DNA of 37,512 bases, from positions 1 to 37,512 of the IMG/VR virus record IMGVR_UViG_3300010234_000029; one strand, 5' to 3'. The position numbers were made by a program, and so were the translations under genes. This document shows, in pieces, positions 26,302-33,097 of the stretch (the first letter of the stretch is position 1; every line of letters begins with the position of its first letter). The notes under the pieces were generated by a model. It saw nothing but the letters and a program-made list of their open reading frames with translations. It was not told the DNA's origin and ran no database searches. Origin of the DNA: a virus (taxonomy: Duplodnaviria > Caudoviricetes).

Positions 26302-26826
26302 TTACGTTGTTGGTGTACCTGTGAAAGTTCTAGCCTTCTCCTGGTTAACACATTTCAAAATAACAGTTGATCCGTTAGCGTCCGTAAACGCTTTTCCCGT
26401 CGTGCTGTTATCTGACAACATTCTTAGTGGTCGGTTAGTCGTAGAAACTTCGTTGTAACCTAGTACCCACTGAGTACCGTTAGCGTCTTTAACTACTCCG
26501 AACAAACCACATGAGCTTTCATCAATAAGTGCCTGTATAGCATCTCTTGAAGAGTCAGTCATTTTTCGTAGGTAGAACTCAATCTCTTGTGATACAGAAA
26601 TAGAACCTGTCGCTTCGTCAACCGTAACAACCTCTCTAAATTCTGCCGTATCTTGCTCGAACTCGTATTCGTACATCACTGAGCCAGTTGTCAAAGTCTG
26701 TGCTGAGTAAGTACCGTCAGTAGCTAGTGTGAAACTAGTTAACTGAGAGATATTACCAAGCCAAAGCTGCAAACAACCACCAGAAGACGCTGAACACGCT
26801 CTCGAAAATCCTGCTGATAATGCCAT
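26302..26826 (-). CDS. Probable major tail (tube) protein
   Basis: AG..RAC..S.GG, Y.YEF, V.DANG..W..G; follows the capsid. Confidence 0.6.
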   Translation of the reverse strand: MALSAGFSRACSASSGGCLQLWLGNISQLTSFTLATDGTYSAQTLTTGSVMYEYEFEQDTAEFREVVTVDEATGSISVSQEIEFYLRKMTDSSRDAIQALIDESSCGLFGVVKDANGTQWVLGYNEVSTTNRPLRMLSDNSTTGKAFTDANGSTVILKCVNQEKARTFTGTPTT

Positions 26827-26841
26827 TTATTTTTGTATTGT

Positions 26842-26874
26842 AAAAAGAAGCGGGAAACTAATCCCGCCTCTCTT
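26842..26874 (-). terminator. Intrinsic terminator after the capsid gene
   Basis: GAGGCGGGA-TTAGTT-TCCCGCTTC-TTTTT. Confidence 0.75.
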
Positions 26875-26885
26875 AAAGTTTATAA

Positions 26886-28229
26886 TTAGTATGCTGCTAC
26901 GATGTACTCCTCGTGGATGTACTGCGTTCCAGCTTTGTACTCCGCTCTGAAGTAGTTACGCTGGTCTTTCTTCTCATACCAAAGCTCAACGTTAGTATCA
27001 TCAGAAACTCCATCCGTACCAACTACAAGGTTAGCTGGGATAGAAAGTAACGCTCTGTGAGGACGTACAGAAGCAAAATCATTCTCGATATGCTCATCCC
27101 ACTCTTCACGAACGATGATTGGAACACCTCTGAATGAAAGTACGTCTGCACCATCAAGTAGCGTTCTGTACGCTGCATCTGACCCGTTAAGAGTCTCGAT
27201 AGTATCAGAGTAGTTATCATACATAGAAGCAGTAACCATGATGCGTCCTTCCATCTTAACTTTTCCTCTAAGCTCTGGTGGCATTGCTGACCACATATTC
27301 TTAAATGATGTTAAGGCTGCATCAGATTTTAGCGTTCCCGTTGCTACACTAGCAGTGGTATTTGCATTTGACCCCGCAAGGTTACCAGAAACGTTAGCGA
27401 TAGTTGGATCTTGTTGAGCCATACCAGCAACGCCAGCAGTAACGATTACATCTGCACCAGAAGAAGTAACTACAATCTTACCGAAACGAGCTAAGATAGT
27501 CGCTGAGTGAGATGTAACAAAGTTCGCTGCTGTAGTACTAAGGTCAGTATCGAAAGTTGCTAGGTAGTTAGTACCGTTGATGTTGATGTTAGCCGTTCCA
27601 GCCGTTCCCGAAAGTGTAACCGTATCAACCTCTTTTACCGCTACTGTATTTACATAAGTAGAAGTGTTTAGGTCTACATATTGTCCCGAAGGAATAGTAC
27701 CAGCATCAATATCGTCAATGATAAGCGTCCAAAAACCGTCGTATTGGTTGTAGTCAGCATCAGCCGAACCATCTGGAACACCAGCAACGATGTCTTCTTT
27801 CTGTAGGTCACCAAAGAACAACTGACGTTGTAAATCTCTTGCAAGTCCTGTCATGAATACTTCCATAACAATCTCCTCGAATAGTGTTCCTTCAATGTTG
27901 TTTTCGTCAACACCTCGACGAAGTAGTGATTGCTTAACATAGTTTAAGAAAGCCTTACCGTTCTGGTCTACTTGTGCCTTCATATCTGCTACCGTCAACG
28001 TCTTTTGAGTGATCGTTACACCAGTAGAAGAAGTAAAAGAAGTACCCTCAGCATAAGCCTTAGTAATCTTATCAAGGTTATCAATTAAGTCTAGCTTTTC
28101 GCTGTTCTTAATGTCAGTACGAACGGTAACGATGTTACGGATGTCCGACTGAACGAATAGAGGAGTGATAAAATACTCCATAATTGACTCTTTCTCAAAG
28201 GAGAGCGAGTGCGTAATCAAATCTGCCAT
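26886..28229 (-). CDS. Major capsid protein with ~100-aa inserted beta domain
   Basis: After protease; FFGD...DGF, FRGVPI, NLVVGTD motifs; followed by a terminator. Confidence 0.85.
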   Translation of the reverse strand: MADLITHSLSFEKESIMEYFITPLFVQSDIRNIVTVRTDIKNSEKLDLIDNLDKITKAYAEGTSFTSSTGVTITQKTLTVADMKAQVDQNGKAFLNYVKQSLLRRGVDENNIEGTLFEEIVMEVFMTGLARDLQRQLFFGDLQKEDIVAGVPDGSADADYNQYDGFWTLIIDDIDAGTIPSGQYVDLNTSTYVNTVAVKEVDTVTLSGTAGTANININGTNYLATFDTDLSTTAANFVTSHSATILARFGKIVVTSSGADVIVTAGVAGMAQQDPTIANVSGNLAGSNANTTASVATGTLKSDAALTSFKNMWSAMPPELRGKVKMEGRIMVTASMYDNYSDTIETLNGSDAAYRTLLDGADVLSFRGVPIIVREEWDEHIENDFASVRPHRALLSIPANLVVGTDGVSDDTNVELWYEKKDQRNYFRAEYKAGTQYIHEEYIVAAY

Positions 28230-28248
28230 TTTTTAAAGTTTTATAAGT

Positions 28249-28416
28249 TTATGATTTTTTTGAGCTTTTCTTAGCGGATGGCTTACCCACTACCACAGCT
28301 TTAAATTTTTCTTTGAACCAATCCAAGTCTGCCTCTGGTACAGACACCTCGAACTCCTGTTCTGACTTAATACCGCCTTGCGATACTTCTGCCTTGTACT
28401 TAATGCGAACTCCCAT
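28249..28416 (-). CDS. 55-aa head-module protein (not in ORF track)
   Basis: MGVRIKYKAEVSQGG...KKSSKKS. Confidence 0.55.
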   Translation of the reverse strand: MGVRIKYKAEVSQGGIKSEQEFEVSVPEADLDWFKEKFKAVVVGKPSAKKSSKKS

Positions 28417-28418
28417 TA

Positions 28419-29468
28419 TTAACCCTTTAGAAGGTTCTTGATAATTGATTGACCAGCGTTTAACTTAGGCTCTTCACCTACCTCTGGATCACTCTCAGCT
28501 TTCTTACCACCTTCAGTAGTAGTAGCACCGTTTAGCTTACCATTAAGCTCCTCTACTGTTGACTCGAACTCTCCGATCTTAGTCTCGAATTCTTCAACCT
28601 TAGTAGCGTGGTCAGACTCGATAGCCTCTACCTTCTCTGCGTGTTCTGCTTCCAATGCTTCTAATTGTTCTGCATGAGCATCTACGCTTGCCTGTAGTTC
28701 TGTAGCCTTGTTTTCAAACTCAGCTAGTTTGTCCTGTACCTCTTTTGAGTCTAGGACGTTTACTGATTCGTCTGCCTTGTTTTGGAATGTGTTTACAAAC
28801 CAATCTTTTAAAGAAGCAAACTCCTCTTTAATAGTTTTGTCGTTCATTTCTGAAATTTTTGAATTTAGTTTTTCTGGTACTGCTGGTAGTCCAGCTTTTA
28901 CAAAGTCTTTTTGGTTTACAGATGCAGCCATCTTAGAAGGTTGCACGATACGATCCACGAAACCCCACTGAATAGCTTCCTCTGGTGATAACCACCGCTC
29001 TTGTGCCATTAGTTCTGTAATCTCGTAGTCTGCTCTGTTGGTCTTTTTCTTGTAGATGCCTACTAACCGTCTGTCTATTCTATCTAACTCCTCTGCCGTC
29101 TCTCTTAGCTCTGCTGAGTTACCAACTACACCTGTCCAGGCGTTGTGTACTAAGAAGTGAGAGTTTTCAGAGATATGAACCTCGTCACAGCCTAGAGCAA
29201 CGATAGTACCCATTGATGCCGTCCAGCCTATAATGTTTCCGATAGTGTGACCTCTATAAGAATGTATAAGGTCTCTTATTGCTAACCCTTCATGAACGTG
29301 ACCCCCTAGTGAGGAGATGTTAATGATAAGGCTTGTAGAGTTGAGGTTGTCGAATTTAGCTTTTACCGATTCTAAGGTGTTACCGTCTCCGAACCAGTCT
29401 TCGCCTATATCTCCTATGATGTCTACTTCTGTAGTGTCACCATGTTGATTAAATAGAATATTCGCCAT
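28419..29468 (-). CDS. ClpP-like prohead protease with C-terminal coiled-coil scaffold
   Basis: INISS.GG...G, ASM, FLVHNAW, E.WLS..EA...GFVD; acidic coiled tail. Confidence 0.9.
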   Translation of the reverse strand: MANILFNQHGDTTEVDIIGDIGEDWFGDGNTLESVKAKFDNLNSTSLIINISSLGGHVHEGLAIRDLIHSYRGHTIGNIIGWTASMGTIVALGCDEVHISENSHFLVHNAWTGVVGNSAELRETAEELDRIDRRLVGIYKKKTNRADYEITELMAQERWLSPEEAIQWGFVDRIVQPSKMAASVNQKDFVKAGLPAVPEKLNSKISEMNDKTIKEEFASLKDWFVNTFQNKADESVNVLDSKEVQDKLAEFENKATELQASVDAHAEQLEALEAEHAEKVEAIESDHATKVEEFETKIGEFESTVEELNGKLNGATTTEGGKKAESDPEVGEEPKLNAGQSIIKNLLKG

Positions 29469-29506
29469 AGGCTACGAAAATAGCTAGGCGAGTTTTTAGT
29501 GTTGGT

Positions 29507-29686
29507 CTATTTCTTAGACTTTCTTAGGCAGTAAAATTCATCATACTTAACTCTGCACGTTGTTTTTATTAGTTGCAGTGCTTCTGATTCCGTACCACCA
29601 TATACATTAAATTCCGTTAATACAGAGTTGTATATTCCGATTATTCTGTGCTGCTTAATGTGCTTCTTTTTTTTCTTCTTAGTCAT
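29507..29686 (-). CDS. 59-aa basic hypothetical protein (not in ORF track)
   Basis: MTKKKKKKHIKQHRII...; AGGGG upstream. Confidence 0.4.
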   Translation of the reverse strand: MTKKKKKKHIKQHRIIGIYNSVLTEFNVYGGTESEALQLIKTTCRVKYDEFYCLRKSKK

Positions 29687-29699
29687 AAAACCCCTATTC

Positions 29700-30005
29700 T
29701 ATTAGCATCCTATCTCAGTGCCACAGTTTAGTACGCATTACAGTTGTTAGTCCATCCTTCGTAAGAGAGTAAGCTACGCCTCTCAAACTAAGCATCACCA
29801 GCTTTTCTTTATTCACTGGATCGCATACTAACAACACCTTTCTTTTTGTTCATCCACGTAGCAATGGGATGCATTTTTGACCAGGTTGACGGGCTTTGGG
29901 TCATTGCCTGGGTTTCGGGTTGTAATCTCGTTAAAGATGTTTTGAGGTTGATTGCCTTTACTAAGGGCTTCGAGTCAAATATGTTTCACAAACACTCGAA
30001 TGTAT
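29700..30005 (-). ncRNA. Candidate structured non-coding RNA or cis element
   Basis: At least six helices in an ORF-free ~300 nt. Confidence 0.35.
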
Positions 30006-30017
30006 GTCCGTAAAACC

Positions 30018-30063
30018 AAAAAAAAGAACCCCAACGCAGTATACCACATACTGTGAAGGGGTT
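30018..30063 (-). terminator. Promoter-proximal terminator/attenuator
   Basis: AACCCC..CAGTAT-GTGGT-ATACTG..GGGGTT-C-T8. Confidence 0.65.
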
Positions 30064-30086
30064 ATGTTATTAGTGGTATACAATGG

Positions 30087-30115
30087 CAAAGGTATAATAA
30101 AAAATCGAAACAAAA
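30087..30115 (-). promoter_or_regulatory. Leftward Bacteroidota promoter
   Basis: -7 box TACCTTTG at 30094-30087 with upstream TTTG. Confidence 0.55.
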
Positions 30116-30187
30116 AAGGCTAACCTAAGTTAACCTAATTCGTTGTTTGATTTGCGACTCAACCAAACACCATGATATTCGCATCTA

Positions 30188-30218
30188 TTTGCAAATGTAC
30201 TAATTATTTGTATATTTG
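30188..30218 (+). promoter_or_regulatory. Rightward Bacteroidota promoter
   Basis: TTTG-N19-TATATTTG consensus. Confidence 0.7.
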
Positions 30219-30250
30219 CCATAAGTTAGCAACTCAAATGAAGATTTATC

Positions 30251-30312
30251 TAAACCCTTCACTATTTTGATGCCTGTTGCTGGCTAGATTTGGTGGAGGG
30301 TTTAACTTTTTT
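30251..30312 (+). terminator. Leader terminator/attenuator
   Basis: TAAACCCTTCAC...GTGGAGGGTTTA-ACTTTTTT. Confidence 0.6.
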
Positions 30313-30315
30313 AAA

Positions 30316-30714
30316 ATGATGGAAATAGTATTAATCTCAGTAACGGCACTTCTAGGAGGTGCATTAGCATTATACGCTAGAGAGCGTCAGAAGAACAAGA
30401 AGCTATCTGTAGCACTATCGCAGATAAGCAAGGAGACACACCGATTGAATGGTAAGTACCACGATGTGCACAACAAAGCGTATGGAGCGCATATAACAGT
30501 AGACCAAGCGTATTTCTCTAAAGGTGAATACCTAGTTTACCCAATGGCAATGCTAGAGAAGGTGCATAAGGACTTACAATTTAGAATAGTGAAGCTCAAT
30601 GCAGACATTATGACCGCTAGTCAAGCAAAACTACCAGAGTACAGCGTTAGGGCTATTAATCCTAATACTAGGCAGTACATGGTTGACCCACTGAGACACG
30701 AGATAAGCAAATGA
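30316..30714 (+). CDS. Membrane-anchored hypothetical protein (likely start 30316 or 30319)
   Basis: N-terminal TM helix plus coiled coil. Confidence 0.6.
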   Translation: MMEIVLISVTALLGGALALYARERQKNKKLSVALSQISKETHRLNGKYHDVHNKAYGAHITVDQAYFSKGEYLVYPMAMLEKVHKDLQFRIVKLNADIMTASQAKLPEYSVRAINPNTRQYMVDPLRHEISK

Positions 30715-31223
30715 AAGCATCCATTATAGGAACAGGTGATAGTTTAAGAGGTTATGACCTTGATAGTATCGAAGGGTACAGGATAGGTCTTAACTTCACC
30801 TATCGGTATACTGAGTTGGATGCTATTGCTCTGTATGATGATCCTAGAACCTGGTTTAAAGATGCACCAGAAGAAAAGGTACACACATTAAGGGTGTACG
30901 GTGGTAAGTGGGAGAATATCGGTAGTCGGTTTCAGTTTGAAGAGTGGAAGGTGGCTAACATTAATTTCTCTCTCATCTTTGCTATGAACCTAGCAATACA
31001 CTGGGGGTATAAAGAGATAGACGTTTACGGGTGTGATAACTATGTTGATGAGTACCTACACTTTTACGATACCGAGAAGATTATCCCTAGTGAGAGGAAT
31101 CGGTATAACGTCAACTTTCCTCGTATTGAACGGCTACTAGAATATATGAAACAGGACATAGAGGATTACGATATAACATTCTACAATTCAAAAATAGAAG
31201 TATTTAATAACAAGGAACTATGA
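30711..31223 (+). CDS. Glycosyltransferase-like protein (Maf/DUF115/sialyltransferase-like fold)
   Basis: IIGTGDSL, IGLN..Y, S...A.NLA...GYKEI.VYGCD, HFY. Confidence 0.7.
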   Translation: MKASIIGTGDSLRGYDLDSIEGYRIGLNFTYRYTELDAIALYDDPRTWFKDAPEEKVHTLRVYGGKWENIGSRFQFEEWKVANINFSLIFAMNLAIHWGYKEIDVYGCDNYVDEYLHFYDTEKIIPSERNRYNVNFPRIERLLEYMKQDIEDYDITFYNSKIEVFNNKEL

Positions 31224-31510
31224 TAATACAAGCACTAGAAATATCACTAGCAATAGTAGGGCTTAGGCTGGTAACAGATAAGGGGATGGTCTTAGACTTC
31301 CTTAGACAGCCATATCTGTCAGGAGGAACGATCACCCAGATACTTCTCAAACCTGTGGTTGGCTGCTATTTGTGTATGAGCAGCTTTTGGACTTTGGTGC
31401 TCTATCCATTTCTTGTAGGGGTAGACTGGAAAATATTCCCAACTATGTTTATAGTAGCAGCGTTCAACGCCATCATTTACAACACTATACTTAGGTTGGA
31501 ATCGGATTAA
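31220..31510 (+). CDS. Membrane protein with CxxC (DUF1360-like)
   Basis: KPVVGCYLCMSSFW between TM helices. Confidence 0.6.
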   Translation: MIIQALEISLAIVGLRLVTDKGMVLDFLRQPYLSGGTITQILLKPVVGCYLCMSSFWTLVLYPFLVGVDWKIFPTMFIVAAFNAIIYNTILRLESD

Positions 31511-31600
31511 TTTGTATATTTATAGCGGTGTTCGGATTAATTACCCGATGCAAAGAGTTCACGTTCTCGCACCGCTTCTTTTTAACAACGTGAGAAAAAC
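31510..31600 (+). promoter_or_regulatory. Promoter plus structured leader/terminator of the HNH gene
   Basis: ATTTGTATATTTA then GCGGTG...CACCGC-TTCTTTTT. Confidence 0.5.
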
Positions 31601-31608
31601 GTATTGAA

Positions 31609-32133
31609 ATGAAAAAAGAAATCTGGAAAAGAATAGTTTCTGCACCAAGACACCACTACGAGTGTAGCAACATGGGCAGGATAAGAAGGGTTAATTATGA
31701 CAAGAGAAGCCCTAAGTATAAGTATATAAAAGGTCAAACAACCCATCACGGCTACTTGTCTATAACGCTTGCTGAGGGTTGGCGAAAGGTAGCGCACAGA
31801 ATAATTGCAAGTGTTTTTATTCAAAATCCCAATAACCTGCCTTTTGTAAACCACATAAACTTTGATAAGCAAGACAATAGGGTTGAAAACTTAGAGTGGT
31901 GTACCAGCAAACAAAACACAGCGCACGCAAACGCAGCTGGAAAGCTTGGGTCGCCTAAAGTTAAGATAACAAATCTAGATACTAGCGAAGTTTACAATGG
32001 GTTTAAAGAAATAGCAGAAGTTGAGGGCTGTAGCTATTCGGCTATAAAGTGTCGTTTTTATAAAGCCCAAAGAAACGGTGTTAATTACAAAAACTACAAA
32101 TACGAAACAAGGTTACCAAAAAGGAAAAAATGA
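31609..32133 (+). CDS. NUMOD4-HNH homing endonuclease
   Basis: EIWK.I...YE.SN.GRIR; HRIIA..F; VNHIN.DK.DNRVENLEWCT. Confidence 0.92.
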   Translation: MKKEIWKRIVSAPRHHYECSNMGRIRRVNYDKRSPKYKYIKGQTTHHGYLSITLAEGWRKVAHRIIASVFIQNPNNLPFVNHINFDKQDNRVENLEWCTSKQNTAHANAAGKLGSPKVKITNLDTSEVYNGFKEIAEVEGCSYSAIKCRFYKAQRNGVNYKNYKYETRLPKRKK

Positions 32134-32318
32134 AAGGATTGACAGCTAACCAAGAGAAGATAAAGAAAACCCTAGACAGGTCTAAAAGGTTTGCGGGGTG
32201 GATTAAACACTTAGGAGGGTTCAGAGCAATGGAGCTACATCAGTATGCTAAATGCCTGTTCCACCTAGAGGTATTGCATAGTATTTACAAGTCATTAGAA
32301 AGCAAGGAGGATAGATGA
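32130..32318 (+). CDS. Hypothetical protein
   Basis: 62 aa, ATGA-coupled. Confidence 0.5.
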   Translation: MKGLTANQEKIKKTLDRSKRFAGWIKHLGGFRAMELHQYAKCLFHLEVLHSIYKSLESKEDR

Positions 32319-32533
32319 AATTCTGGTACGATATGCCTACCGATGTTATGCACTATGTAATAGACGGTGGTGAAGAGAAACAGGTAGACGGGTCTACGCT
32401 AAACAAGAAGATAGACCTGTGGCTATTGCAGAGAGGAATAAACAAAGGTGAGATAATGACCAAAGAAGCACACCTAAAAATAATTAGTGAAGTAATAAAG
32501 GAGCATGAAAAAGAGAATACTAGCCCTAATTAA
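32315..32533 (+). CDS. Hypothetical protein
   Basis: 72 aa, ATGA-coupled. Confidence 0.5.
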   Translation: MKFWYDMPTDVMHYVIDGGEEKQVDGSTLNKKIDLWLLQRGINKGEIMTKEAHLKIISEVIKEHEKENTSPN

Positions 32534-32825
32534 TCATACAGGAGGCTTTAACATCACCGAGCTACCTCAACGACTACCAGAGACAAAGGGTAGTAAGAAG
32601 ATGTGCCTACCACAAGCAGACAAAGTACTACTAACGGCTGGGGTGAACGAGGAAGCGATAAGAGCTATCTACTCACTACTGGCAAAGCGTAAGATACAAC
32701 TAGCTTTCGTTGATCCTTGGGTGTTCGTAGCAGAGAAATCACCCTGTTACCATCCTATAGCACAAGCACAGGACATAGCAGACAACAAAGCATCTTGGTT
32801 TCCTTGTCGGGTGATACCCAACTAA
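32505..32825 (+). CDS. Hypothetical protein
   Basis: 106 aa, winged-helix-like pattern. Confidence 0.5.
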   Translation: MKKRILALINHTGGFNITELPQRLPETKGSKKMCLPQADKVLLTAGVNEEAIRAIYSLLAKRKIQLAFVDPWVFVAEKSPCYHPIAQAQDIADNKASWFPCRVIPN

Positions 32826-33097
32826 GGCTGTAGGTACTTATACTTATAAATGATATTCTTCACCTGTGGGTAGCTACAATCAAAGTCGTTAGCCAAATCC
32901 ATCTTAATGCTATTGCAACTCTCATCGTCTGCACGATCCTTTAAACGCTGATAGTATTCCTTCTTCAAGAAATAGTATTTAAGCCTCTTAGGGTCTGCCA
33001 TACCACTCTCGAATAGAAACTCTACCATTGGTGTTATGTCCTGACATTGAAATTTTGCTTCTAAGGTATCTATCAGTTCTTGTTTTACGTCTGTCAT
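32822..33097 (-). CDS. Small protein with C-terminal HTH (Mor-like?)
   Basis: DLANDFDCSYPQVKNIIY; coupled to the tape measure gene. Confidence 0.55.
   Translation of the reverse strand: MTDVKQELIDTLEAKFQCQDITPMVEFLFESGMADPKRLKYYFLKKEYYQRLKDRADDESCNSIKMDLANDFDCSYPQVKNIIYKYKYLQP

Noticed and set aside
26298-26351. Upstream start of ORF 26118..26351
   Set aside because: Overlaps the tail tube gene; the ATG at 26297 just after its stop is more plausible
1014-28971. Many short + strand ORFs in the track
   Set aside because: Antisense to well-supported - strand genes, with shadow-type composition
31500-32133. Group I intron carrying the HNH gene
   Set aside because: Flanking ORFs are intact and unrelated; no intron core elements recognised
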